Source: an uncultured Gammaproteobacteria bacterium
GTDB lineage: Bacteria; Pseudomonadota; Gammaproteobacteria; GCA-001735895
Direction of reading: 5' to 3'
Assembly: GCA_963768295.1 (NCBI GenBank)
Contig: CAVYHN010000032.1
Span: 246-64,245 of the forward strand
DNA length: 64,000 nt
The position numbers and the translations under genes were made by a program. Numbering within the stretch: the stretch's first letter is position 1; each line of letters begins with the position of its first letter. The notes under the pieces were generated by a model. It saw only the letters and a list, made by a program, of their open reading frames with translations. It searched no databases and was not told the origin of the DNA. Below are positions 8,989 to 18,276 of the stretch, one piece after another.

Positions 8989-10509
8989 ATGCCCAGAAGA
9001 AGAGCTCGAAAACCTACCCCGTCCAGCGAACAACTGCTGCCGCCGAAAGCGCAGCAGCTGTTCAACCCCTATGCCCCGATTGCGGCACTGGATGCGGAGT
9101 CGCTGGATTTAATCCATGACGCCTCGATGCGGATTCTCGAAGAGATCGGCCTCGAGATACTGAGTCGGGACGCGCTTGCGCTGTACGAGCAAGACGGGGC
9201 ACGCGTCGACTGGGATGAGCAGAAGGTTTACCTGGACCGCAACCAGCTCATGCAGAGAATTGCGAGCGTGCCCTCGGAGTTTACGCTGCATGCGCCAAAC
9301 CCCGAGCGCAACCGCCTGATAGGGCGCAATGCGATCAACTTTACCACCGTTGCCAGCGCGCCCAACAGCTCCGATCTCGAAGGCGGCAGGCGCACTGGCA
9401 ACTTTGCAGACTACTGCAACTTTCTGCGCCTGGCGCAAAGCTTCGACGTCATCGATTTTCTCAGCGGTTACCCGGTCGAGCCGATCGACATTCCACCCGA
9501 TACACGCCACCTCGACGCTACCCTGGCGGCATTCACGCTGACCGATCGCGCGTTTTCACTCTACTGCCTCGGCGGCGGCCGCGTTCTGGACGGGATACAG
9601 ATGACCGCGATTGCGCGCGGGGTCGATCTGGAAACCCTCAAAACGCAACCCAGTATAAACAGCGTGGTCAATACCAATTCGCCGCTGCGGGTCGACGGGC
9701 CGATGCTCGATGGCCTGATAGAAATGGCGCAGTATGGTCAGCCCGTTATCGTGACTCCGTTTACGCTATCCGGGGCGATGTGCCCGATTACCCTTGCCGG
9801 TGCGCTGGCGCAGCAAAATGCCGAGGCGCTCGGCGTCATCGCCTTGTCGCAAATCGTCAACCCGGGCGCGCCGATGGTATACGGCGGCTTCACCTCGAAC
9901 GCGGATATGCGCAGCGGTGCCCCGGCCTTTGGCACGCCCGAGTACACCCGCGCCGCCTGGGCCAGCGGCCAGCTCGCGCGCCGCTACGGTATTCCATTTC
10001 GTTCGTCCAATACCAATGCGTCGAATTGCGTCGACGCCCAGGCCGCCTGGGAATCGCAGATGTCGCTGTGGGGTGCGGTCATGGGGCATGCGCAGATTAT
10101 CAAACACGCCGCCGGCTGGCTCGAGGGCGGTCTGTGCGCTTCGTTCGAAAAATTCATTATCGATGTCGACATGCTGCAAATGATGCGCGAGACACTGACG
10201 CCGCTGAAGGTGGATGAATCGACGCTGGCGCTGGACGCGATCAGGGAAGCCGGGCACGGTGGTCATTTCTTCGGCACCGCGCATACCCTGGCTAACTACA
10301 CCACCGCTTTTTACGAGCCGCTGGTTTCCGACTGGAGCAATTTCGAGGCCTGGAGCGAGAACGGTGCGCAGAATGCGTTTCAGCGCGCCAACCTGATATA
10401 CCGGCAAAAACTTGCCGAGTATCAGCCGCCCGCAATGGATGCCTCGAGACGCCAGTCGCTGGAACAGTATGTCGTCGAACGCCGGCACGAACTGGAGCTC
10501 GCACGGTGA
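8989..10509 (+). CDS. Trimethylamine methyltransferase family protein (MttB/MtgB-like, pyrrolysine-free)
   Basis: NTNSPL, PFTLSGAMCPITLAGALAQQNAE, GAPAFGTPE and HAAGWLEGGL motifs; no in-frame amber codon. Confidence 0.92.
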   Translation: MPRRRARKPTPSSEQLLPPKAQQLFNPYAPIAALDAESLDLIHDASMRILEEIGLEILSRDALALYEQDGARVDWDEQKVYLDRNQLMQRIASVPSEFTLHAPNPERNRLIGRNAINFTTVASAPNSSDLEGGRRTGNFADYCNFLRLAQSFDVIDFLSGYPVEPIDIPPDTRHLDATLAAFTLTDRAFSLYCLGGGRVLDGIQMTAIARGVDLETLKTQPSINSVVNTNSPLRVDGPMLDGLIEMAQYGQPVIVTPFTLSGAMCPITLAGALAQQNAEALGVIALSQIVNPGAPMVYGGFTSNADMRSGAPAFGTPEYTRAAWASGQLARRYGIPFRSSNTNASNCVDAQAAWESQMSLWGAVMGHAQIIKHAAGWLEGGLCASFEKFIIDVDMLQMMRETLTPLKVDESTLALDAIREAGHGGHFFGTAHTLANYTTAFYEPLVSDWSNFEAWSENGAQNAFQRANLIYRQKLAEYQPPAMDASRRQSLEQYVVERRHELELAR

Positions 10510-11360
10510 AATTACAGGAACGGGTCAGCCTGTTCCAGGACCGCCTGCAGCAGGTCATTAGCTATAGCGGGCTCAATCGCTCGGCGTTTGCGGCCTCGAT
10601 CAGGGTCGATCGTTCGACCCTGTCGCAGTTACTCGCGGTCGACAATATCCGCCTGCCACGCGCCGACACGGTGACGTCGATCGCCGAAGTCCATCAGGTC
10701 AGCATCGACTGGCTGCTGGGTTTGACCCAGGAAGGCTCGATGGGCGCCAATATTCTGCCCGAAGCTTTCCAGTTCGATGCTTACTCGACCAGTATTCTCG
10801 AAAAAAACCTGGAATGGCATCGTGAAGCCTGCGGTTACAAAATCCGCTACGTGCCGACGACCCTGCCCGACCTGCTCAAGACCGAAGCGGTGGCGGAGTA
10901 CGAATTCAATCGCTATGGCGCCGGCAAGGTCGATCAGACAGTGCGCGACAACCAGCTGCTGTTGCTGCAACAACGCCATCCGGGCAGCGAACTCGAAACC
11001 TGCATGCCACTGCAGCAGCTCGAAAGTTTCGCTGCCGGGCAGGGGATCTGGCAGGGGTTGGCGCTGGCCGATCGCCGCGCCCAGCTCGAACGCATGATCG
11101 AACTCAATGCTGAGCTTTACCCGGGATTTCGCTGGTTTCTGTTCGACGGCAAACAAAGCTACTCGTCGTCGTTTATCATATTCGGCCCATTGCGGGCGAC
11201 GCTGTTCCTCGGACACCTGTATGTCATCGTCAACAGCATCGATCATATACGCCAGCTTACCGATCGCTTCGACGACCTGATTCGCATCGCGATGGTGCAC
11301 CCGCATGAAATCCAGGCCCACCTGCAACAACTGCTGGAACAGACAGAGCAACTAACTTGA
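10506..11360 (+). CDS. XRE-family helix-turn-helix transcriptional regulator with a long C-terminal domain
   Basis: SGLNRSAFAASIRVDRSTLSQLL...VSIDWLLGL HTH; GTGA overlap with the mttB stop. Confidence 0.8.
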   Translation: MKLQERVSLFQDRLQQVISYSGLNRSAFAASIRVDRSTLSQLLAVDNIRLPRADTVTSIAEVHQVSIDWLLGLTQEGSMGANILPEAFQFDAYSTSILEKNLEWHREACGYKIRYVPTTLPDLLKTEAVAEYEFNRYGAGKVDQTVRDNQLLLLQQRHPGSELETCMPLQQLESFAAGQGIWQGLALADRRAQLERMIELNAELYPGFRWFLFDGKQSYSSSFIIFGPLRATLFLGHLYVIVNSIDHIRQLTDRFDDLIRIAMVHPHEIQAHLQQLLEQTEQLT

Positions 11361-11375
11361 AGACAGGAACTCAGC

Positions 11376-12683
11376 ATGGCTAAGAGCTACGATGCAATCA
11401 TCATTGGCGCCGGAATTATCGGTTGCGCAACCTCGCTCGCGCTGGGGCGCAAAGGCTGGAAGGTGCTGAACCTGGACCGCCTGCCGGCGGCGGGCTACGG
11501 CTCTACCTCGGGCTCCTGCGCTATTATCCGCCCCTATTACTCTACGCTCGACGGCTCGGCGATGGCTTACGAGTCGCATTTCTACTGGAAAAACTGGGCC
11601 GAGTACCTGGGCGGCGACGATATCGACGAGCGCGGCCTGATCGAGTATCACAATGTCGGTTCGCTGGTCATGAAAACCGAGGCTAACGACTACCTGCGCC
11701 CGACGATGGCGTTGATGGAGCATCTCGACTCCCCCTACAGCGAGCTTTCGCCCGCAGAAATACGCCAGAAATTGCCGGTCTGGAACACCGAATCGTTTTA
11801 TCCGGTGAAGCGACCCGATGATTCCGAATTCGGCGTCGCCAACGAGCAACCCTTGCCCGGCGCCGTGCTGTTTCATGCCGCGGGTTATATCTCAGATCCG
11901 CAGCTGGCGACGCATAACATTATGCGTGCCGCCGAGATTGCCGGCGGTGAGTTCAAGTACAACGCGCGGGTGATCGAAATTCGCCGTGACAGCGGTCAGG
12001 TCTCTGGCGTTACCCTCGAAGGCGGTGAAACCGTCGATGCCCCAGTGGTGCTCAATGCCGCCGGACCGCATTCATCCAAGGTCAATCAGATGGCAGATGT
12101 CGAGAAATCGATGCGGGTCAAAACCCGCGCGCTGCGCCAGGAAGTGGCGCATGTGCCGCTACCGGAGGGTTACCGCCGTGAAACCGCCTGCGTTACCTCG
12201 GATAGCGATATCGGGCTCTACACCCGTCCCGAGCAGGGCGATGCGCTCCTGATCGGCAGCGAGGATCCACCCTGCGACCCGCATGAATGGGTGGACCCGG
12301 ATGACTATAACCGTGATTTCAGCGAACAGTGGAAGGTGCAGGTACTGCGAGTTTGTCAACGGGTGCCGAATCTGGGCGTGCCCAGCCAGATGCGCGGCGT
12401 AGTCGATCTGTACGATGTTACCGATGACTGGATCCCGATCTACGACCAGTCGGACCTGCCCGGTTTTTACCTCGCGATCGGCACCAGCGGTAACCAGTTC
12501 AAAAACGCGCCAATCGCAGGTGAATTGATGGCTAACATCATCGAGGCGACGCAAAGCGGCAACGATCACGATGCCGACCCGATCGATTTTCATCTAAAAA
12601 CAATCGATCATACTTTTTCCAGCGGTTTTTACTCACGCTTGCGTGAGGTTAACCAGGACAGCAGCTTTTCCGTACTGGGGTAG
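11376..12683 (+). CDS. FAD-dependent oxidoreductase (DAO / sarcosine-oxidase-like)
   Basis: Rossmann motif IIIGAGIIG; GSTSGSCAIIR; YDVTDDWIPI; GTSGNQFK. Confidence 0.88.
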   Translation: MAKSYDAIIIGAGIIGCATSLALGRKGWKVLNLDRLPAAGYGSTSGSCAIIRPYYSTLDGSAMAYESHFYWKNWAEYLGGDDIDERGLIEYHNVGSLVMKTEANDYLRPTMALMEHLDSPYSELSPAEIRQKLPVWNTESFYPVKRPDDSEFGVANEQPLPGAVLFHAAGYISDPQLATHNIMRAAEIAGGEFKYNARVIEIRRDSGQVSGVTLEGGETVDAPVVLNAAGPHSSKVNQMADVEKSMRVKTRALRQEVAHVPLPEGYRRETACVTSDSDIGLYTRPEQGDALLIGSEDPPCDPHEWVDPDDYNRDFSEQWKVQVLRVCQRVPNLGVPSQMRGVVDLYDVTDDWIPIYDQSDLPGFYLAIGTSGNQFKNAPIAGELMANIIEATQSGNDHDADPIDFHLKTIDHTFSSGFYSRLREVNQDSSFSVLG

Positions 12684-12688
12684 CAGAT

Positions 12689-15106
12689 ATGAAATCTCAT
12701 GCACAGGTAGTGGTCATTGGCGGCGGGGTAGTCGGTTGCAGCGTTATCTATCACCTGACCAAACTCGGCCTGCGGGACGTGGTTCTGATCGAACGTTCGG
12801 AATTGACTTCGGGCTCGACCTGGCACGCCGCCGGCGGATTCCACACGCTCAATGCCGATACCAACATGGCCGCGTTGCAGGGTTACACGATTCGCCTTTA
12901 TCGTGAGCTCGAGGAACTCACCGGCCAGTCCTGCAGCCTGCATCACGTCGGCGGTATCACGCTCGCGGAGTCGCCGGAGCGGCTCGATTTCCTCAAGTCG
13001 GCACGCGCGATGCATCGCCACATGGGTCTCGATACCGAGCTGATTACGCCCGCGGAAATTCGCAAACTAAGTCCGATTACCAATACTGACGGCGTCCTCG
13101 GCGCGTTGTACGATCCGCTCGACGGACACCTTGACCCCTCGGGGACCACGCACGCCTATGCCAAAGCGGCGCAGATGCAGGGCGCTGAAATCGTGCTGCG
13201 CTGTCCGGTGCTGGAAACCAATCCAAGGGCTGACGGCAGCTGGGAAGTGGTTAGCGAACAGGGCACGATTATCGCCGAACAACTGGTCAATGCCGCCGGG
13301 CTGTGGGCGCGCGAAGTCGGCGCCATGGCCGGGGTGTACCTGCCGCTGCATCCGATGGAACACCAGTATTTCGCAACCGCGGATATTGCCGAGGTGTACG
13401 GGCACGCGCGCGAGTTACCGCACGTCATGGACCCCGAGGGCGAGAGTTATCTGCGCCAGGAAGGCAAGGGCCTGGTGATCGGATTTTACGAACAGAACTG
13501 CGTGCCCTGGGCGGTCGACGGCACGCGCTGGGATTTCGGACATGAACTGCTGGATGAAAATCTCGATCGCATCGGCGATTCGATGGAGTTCGCCTTCAGG
13601 CGTTTCCCGGTGCTCGCCGACGCCGGTATCAAGACCATCATCAACGGGCCCTTCACCTTTGCGCCGGACGGTAACCCGCTGGTCGGGCCGGTGCCCGGCC
13701 TGCGTAACTACTGGTCAGCCTGTGCGGTGATGGCCGGTTTCAGCCAGGGCGGTGGCGTCGGGCTAACGCTGGCGGAATGGATGATCGATGGTGAACCCTC
13801 ACGTGATGTGTTCGCGATGGACGTGGCGCGCTTCGGCGATTACTGCACGCCGTCGTACACCCGCCTCAAGGTGCGTGAGAATTACCAGCGGCGTTTCAGC
13901 GTGTCCTATCCCAACGAGGAGTTGCCGGCGGCGCGACCCCTGGACACCACCCCGGTTTACGGCATCTGGCAGTCGCAAAATGCGGTCTTTGGCGACATGT
14001 ACGGCATGGAGCACGTAAATTACTTTGCGCCCGCGGCTGAGGAACCGTATGAAATTCCGAGTTTTCGGCGCTCCAATGCCTTCGACACGGTGGCTGAAGA
14101 GGTGCGCGCGGTGCGCGAAAACGTCGGTCTCAACGAGGTGCATAATTTCGGCAAGTACGAAGTCTCGGGCGCGGGCGCGCACGCGTACCTTGACCGGATC
14201 ATGGCCGGCAGGATACCGGCAGTCGGCAGGCTGAGCCTGAACCCGATGCTGAGCCCACGCGGCCGGATTATCGGCGATTTTACCGTGGCCCAGGTTTCGA
14301 CCGGCGTATTCCAGGTCACCGCGTCGTTCGGCGCGCAGGCTTACCACATGCGCTGGTTCGAACAGCATTTGCCCGCATCGGGGGTGCAGCTGCGCAATAT
14401 TTCAAAACAGCGTATCGGATTTCAGATCGCGGGCCCGAGGGCGCAGGAATTGCTGGCGCGGGTAACGCGCGCCGACGTGTCGACCGCGGCGATGCCCTTC
14501 CTGTCGATTCGCGAAATCGATGTCGGCCAGTGCCAGGCGATCGTGCAGCGCGTCAGCTATACCGGTGACCGCGGTTATGAAATCTATGTACCCTGGCACA
14601 ACCAGGTCGCGCTCTACCAGGTGCTGACCGAGGCGGGTAAAGATCTCGCGCTGCGGCCCTTCGGGATGCGCGCAATGATGAGCCTGCGACTCGATAAATC
14701 ATTCGGTTCCTGGATGCGTGAATTCAAGCCCGACTATACGCCGCTCGAAACCGGTCTCGATCGTTTCGTCGCTTATGATAAGGCTACCGATTTCATCGGC
14801 AAGGCCGCGGCGCTGGCTGAAAGAGAGCAGGGCGTGAGCCGCAGGTTATGCACCTTCGAGGTCGACGCCAGGGATGCCGATGCCGTCGCCTGGGAACCTA
14901 TCTGGCACGCCGGTGAGGTCGTGGGTTACGTGACCTCGGGCGGTTACTCGCATTACGCCAAAAAGAGCATCGCCTTCGGATTCCTGCCGACTGAACTGGC
15001 CGCAGAAGGTCGCCAGGTCGAAATCGAAATCCTCGGCGACATGATCCCGGCCCGACTCTACACCGCGCCCCTGTTCGATCCCGACAACGAATACCTGCGT
15101 GGCTAG
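12689..15106 (+). CDS. GcvT-family FAD-dependent dehydrogenase (dimethylglycine/sarcosine dehydrogenase-like)
   Basis: VIGGGVVG, LTSGSTWHAAG, NGPFTFAPDGNPLVG; folate-binding GcvT half (SYTGDRGYE, GYVTSGGY). Confidence 0.93.
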   Translation: MKSHAQVVVIGGGVVGCSVIYHLTKLGLRDVVLIERSELTSGSTWHAAGGFHTLNADTNMAALQGYTIRLYRELEELTGQSCSLHHVGGITLAESPERLDFLKSARAMHRHMGLDTELITPAEIRKLSPITNTDGVLGALYDPLDGHLDPSGTTHAYAKAAQMQGAEIVLRCPVLETNPRADGSWEVVSEQGTIIAEQLVNAAGLWAREVGAMAGVYLPLHPMEHQYFATADIAEVYGHARELPHVMDPEGESYLRQEGKGLVIGFYEQNCVPWAVDGTRWDFGHELLDENLDRIGDSMEFAFRRFPVLADAGIKTIINGPFTFAPDGNPLVGPVPGLRNYWSACAVMAGFSQGGGVGLTLAEWMIDGEPSRDVFAMDVARFGDYCTPSYTRLKVRENYQRRFSVSYPNEELPAARPLDTTPVYGIWQSQNAVFGDMYGMEHVNYFAPAAEEPYEIPSFRRSNAFDTVAEEVRAVRENVGLNEVHNFGKYEVSGAGAHAYLDRIMAGRIPAVGRLSLNPMLSPRGRIIGDFTVAQVSTGVFQVTASFGAQAYHMRWFEQHLPASGVQLRNISKQRIGFQIAGPRAQELLARVTRADVSTAAMPFLSIREIDVGQCQAIVQRVSYTGDRGYEIYVPWHNQVALYQVLTEAGKDLALRPFGMRAMMSLRLDKSFGSWMREFKPDYTPLETGLDRFVAYDKATDFIGKAAALAEREQGVSRRLCTFEVDARDADAVAWEPIWHAGEVVGYVTSGGYSHYAKKSIAFGFLPTELAAEGRQVEIEILGDMIPARLYTAPLFDPDNEYLRG

Positions 15107-15147
15107 CAGTAACTCGGTCGTTGGCAACCTGCATCTGTCCCGTTCAC

Positions 15148-15344
15148 GGCAACCACAGCAGCTCCATGCGACTGACTGAGTGGCCTGCGGCTTCCTGAAA
15201 AAAGCTTTAAATTTTAATGGGCAAGGCGAGACTCGACATCCATGTCTCGACTCGCCACAGACCGCATCCATGCGGTCTGACCCACTAAAATTAAAGCTTT
15301 TTCAGCACTCAGTCTTTATGTCGCATGGAGCTGCTGCGGTTGCC
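15148..15344. repeat. 197-bp nested imperfect palindrome (MITE/REP-like)
   Basis: GGCAACCACAGCAGCTCCATGCGAC (from 15148) pairs with GTCGCATGGAGCTGCTGCGGTTGCC (to 15344). GACTGAGTG pairs with CACTCAGTC. CTGAAAAAAGCTTTAAATTTTAATGGG pairs with CCCACTAAAATTAAAGCTTTTTCAG. Two inner hairpins are centred on CATCCATG. Confidence 0.8.
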
Positions 15345-15405
15345 TCGATAAAGTCAATATGCTGTCAATGTCAGCTCGAAAGGTGGCGTTGGAATCAAAT
15401 TTGTC

Positions 15406-15428
15406 ATACCGCGGCTTGACCGCGGTAT
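15406..15428. terminator. GC-rich hairpin, possible terminator or protein-binding palindrome
   Basis: ATACCGCGG-CTTGA-CCGCGGTAT perfect 9-bp stem; no clear U-tract. Confidence 0.35.
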
Positions 15429-15585
15429 CCAGCGAGCGGCCGGTTGTGCATTCAATTCAGGGTTTCGTTGTTACGCCGCGGGGATGAGAGGTCTCGGGCT
15501 CCCCCTTAAAGGGACCTGGGACCGAGCTCCTTCAACCGGGATGAATGTTGGGATATAGTAACTGCGGATTTTATAGGAGAGAACG

Positions 15586-16512
15586 GTGGCGTCGGGTTCG
15601 AAGCTGGTCATTATTGCGGCATTGATCGGTAATGCGCTGATTTCGATTACCAAGTTTGCGGCGGCGGCGATGACCGGCAGCTCGGCGATGATGTCCGAGG
15701 GCATTCACTCGCTGGTCGATACCGGCAACCAGGTATTGCTGCTTTACGGTTTGAAGCGTGCAGCCAAACCGCCCGACGCTGATTTTCCCTTCGGTTACGG
15801 CAAGGAAATCTACTTCTGGAGCTTTATCGTCGCGATTCTCATTTTTGCGCTCGGCGGCGGCATTTCAATTTACGAGGGTATTCGGCACATTCAGCACCCT
15901 GAGCCGATCAGCAACCCGTTGATCAACTACGTCGTGCTCGGTCTGGCGATGATTTTCGAAGGCGCGGCCTGGTATTTTGCGTTCCGTGAGTTCAGCCGGG
16001 TCAAGGGGCGCTGGGGATATCTCGAGGCGATTCAGCGCGCCAAGGATCCTACGGTTTTCGTTATTCTGTTCGAGGATAGCGCGGCGATGCTCGGTTTGCT
16101 GGTGGCGTTTATCGGCGTGCTGCTGACACATACCACCGGGATACTGATATTCGACGGCGCCGCGTCGGTGATTATCGGCCTGATCCTGATCGGCACCGCG
16201 GTCTGGCTGGCCTATGAAACCAAGGGGTTACTGATCGGTGAAAGCGCCAACCGGTCGGTAATCCGCGGTATCCGCGACTCGCTGCAGGGGCATTCGAACA
16301 TCAATCACGTCAACGAAATATTGACCATGCATATGGGCCCCGATTTCATTCTCGCCAATATAAGCGTCGACTTTGCCGATTCGATTAGCGCCGAGCAAGT
16401 CGAGTCAGATACAGCAGCGATCGATCGGGCGATCAAGCAGCGCTATCCACAAATCAAACGTGTATTCGTCGAGGCGGAGAGTCGCGGCAACAAGTATCCG
16501 TACAACGGATAG
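15586..16512 (+). CDS. Cation diffusion facilitator (CDF) family transporter
   Basis: SEGIHSLVDTGNQ, PFGYGKE and FEDSAA motifs; C-terminal cytoplasmic domain. Confidence 0.92.
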   Translation: MASGSKLVIIAALIGNALISITKFAAAAMTGSSAMMSEGIHSLVDTGNQVLLLYGLKRAAKPPDADFPFGYGKEIYFWSFIVAILIFALGGGISIYEGIRHIQHPEPISNPLINYVVLGLAMIFEGAAWYFAFREFSRVKGRWGYLEAIQRAKDPTVFVILFEDSAAMLGLLVAFIGVLLTHTTGILIFDGAASVIIGLILIGTAVWLAYETKGLLIGESANRSVIRGIRDSLQGHSNINHVNEILTMHMGPDFILANISVDFADSISAEQVESDTAAIDRAIKQRYPQIKRVFVEAESRGNKYPYNG

Positions 16513-16521
16513 GAGCAGCCC

Positions 16522-17153
16522 ATGGGAAACGGTTCAGATGAAATACTGGGGCGTGTCAGCCACCTCGAAGACGGTGACAGCTCGCGTGATATTTATGATG
16601 ACTGGTCCGATAACTACGATAATCACTTGATCGAAGAATTCGGCTATATTTCGCCCGAAATTGCTGCCCAGACGCTGAGTGACGAAATCGAGGCGAGCGA
16701 TGGCGCCATCATCGATTACGGCTGTGGCACTGGTCTGGTCGGTAAGGCGCTGAATCAGCAGGGTTTTCTGGCTATCGACGGGATTGATATTTCGCCAGGC
16801 ATGCTCGAACAGGCGCGCGCGAAACAGGTTTATCGTAACCTGGTCTGTGGCGATCTGACTGACTCGGATTGCGCTGGATGACGCGATTTACGATGCCGCG
16901 ACCTGCATCGGTTCGATGGGCGCGGGCCATGTCGGCGCGCAGCACCTACCCGAACTATTGCGTCCGCTCAAGAGCCGATGGGCTGTTCGTCATCATCATG
17001 AATGGCGCCTACTATATCTCGGGCGGTTTCGAGTCGGCTTTCAGGCAACTGGAAAACGACGGATTATGGCGTATTCGAAAACTGGAAGAATTCAACTACA
17101 TGACGCAACTGGAGCGGCCAGGCTGGCTGCTGGTCGCCGAAAAGCAGCAGTAG
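16522..17153 (+). pseudogene. Class I SAM-dependent methyltransferase split by two +1 frameshifts (probably assembly error)
   Basis: IIDYGCGTGLVG and DGIDISPGML in the first frame; RIALDDAIYDAATCIGSMGAGHV after ~16861; DGLFVIIMNG...LVAEKQQ after ~16975. Confidence 0.8.
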
Positions 17154-17212
17154 GACAGACCCGGAGTAAAGTCTTTACAAGTTTTTACTCTGGGTCAAAT
17201 CTCTCGGGAAGA

Positions 17213-17539
17213 TTACTCGTGACGTTCGAGAAAATCTTCCAGTTTTTGCGCGAGAATATCCCAGATCGCCATAGGCCCTGCGCTCTGTACGGTTTCCTTG
17301 CGCCAGTTTTTGACCGGCATGGTCTTAATTGCTTCGGCCTGCTGTTGCAAACGTTGCGTCGCGTAGTCCTTCAATTCCGCATGGGCATCATGATCCTCCT
17401 CGAGGTGATCGGTGGCCTTGAGCGCACGTTCGTAAAGTTCTTCAATATGCTTCAAACGCGACTCGTACTCGCGCACATGCTGTTCGATTAATTGCTCTTT
17501 GGTGGTCATGGCGTGTATCTCCAATCTTGATGACTTCAC
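17213..17539 (-). CDS. Hypothetical helical protein
   Basis: 108-aa ORF with plausible composition, divergent from ccmA; likely start at MTTKEQ. Confidence 0.65.
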   Translation of the reverse strand: MKSSRLEIHAMTTKEQLIEQHVREYESRLKHIEELYERALKATDHLEEDHDAHAELKDYATQRLQQQAEAIKTMPVKNWRKETVQSAGPMAIWDILAQKLEDFLERHE

Positions 17540-17643
17540 ATTACTACGGTTTATACTCCCTTGCCTGATCTATATCAAAAAAATGAGTTGATCGAGGCCG
17601 GTGCCAGGGCTAATCTTCGGGCACGTTCATTCCCAAGCATTGC

Positions 17644-18276
17644 ATGTCCACATCGACTTTACTCGAAACCCGGGATCTCGGCTGTATCCGCAACGATCGT
17701 CAACTATTCGAGCATCTTGAATTTGCGCTCGAAGCGGGCGAGATGCTGGTCGTCGAAGGCCCCAACGGCTGCGGCAAAACCAGCCTGTTGCGCATCCTGA
17801 CCGGGCTCAGGCTGGCGGATAAGGGTGACATTTTATGGCGTGGCGAAGCGATCGACCGTCTCGCCGGAGATTATTATGAACAGGTCAACTATGTCGGCCA
17901 CCACGATGGCATTAAACATGAACTGTCCTGTCTGGAAAATCTGCGTCTGGCGAGAGCGATGGGGATTCCTTCGCAACGTGATCTCGAAGACGTGCTCGAG
18001 CAGGTAAATCTGTATGCCTATGGCGAGTCCGAGGTAGGCAGCCTTTCGGCCGGTCAGAAACGCCGCCTCGCGCTGGCGCGGCTGCTGGCGACCGATTCGC
18101 TACTGTGGATTCTGGATGAACCCTTTACCTCGCTCGACAAAGCCAGCATGGAATTGTTCGCCGCGCTGTTTGAGCAGCACCTGCAGCGCGAGGGCGTTAT
18201 CGTGGTCACCTCGCATCACGATATTTCGCTGCCGACGCTGGCGGTACAGCGGTTGGACCTGGGGCAGCCGACATGA
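17644..18276 (+). CDS. ccmA: Heme export ABC transporter ATP-binding protein CcmA
   Basis: GPNGCGKT Walker A, LSAGQKRR, WILDEPFT; first gene of the ccm operon. Confidence 0.95.
   Translation: MSTSTLLETRDLGCIRNDRQLFEHLEFALEAGEMLVVEGPNGCGKTSLLRILTGLRLADKGDILWRGEAIDRLAGDYYEQVNYVGHHDGIKHELSCLENLRLARAMGIPSQRDLEDVLEQVNLYAYGESEVGSLSAGQKRRLALARLLATDSLLWILDEPFTSLDKASMELFAALFEQHLQREGVIVVTSHHDISLPTLAVQRLDLGQPT

Noticed and set aside
8989-10509. Pyrrolysine-containing MttB (amber readthrough)
   Set aside because: Neither MttB gene has an internal TAG, and no pyl genes are in the window.
15430-15585. NiCo, yybP-ykoY or fluoride riboswitch, 6S RNA or SRP RNA
   Set aside because: I could not find the conserved core sequences of these families on either strand; kept only as an unassigned structured region.
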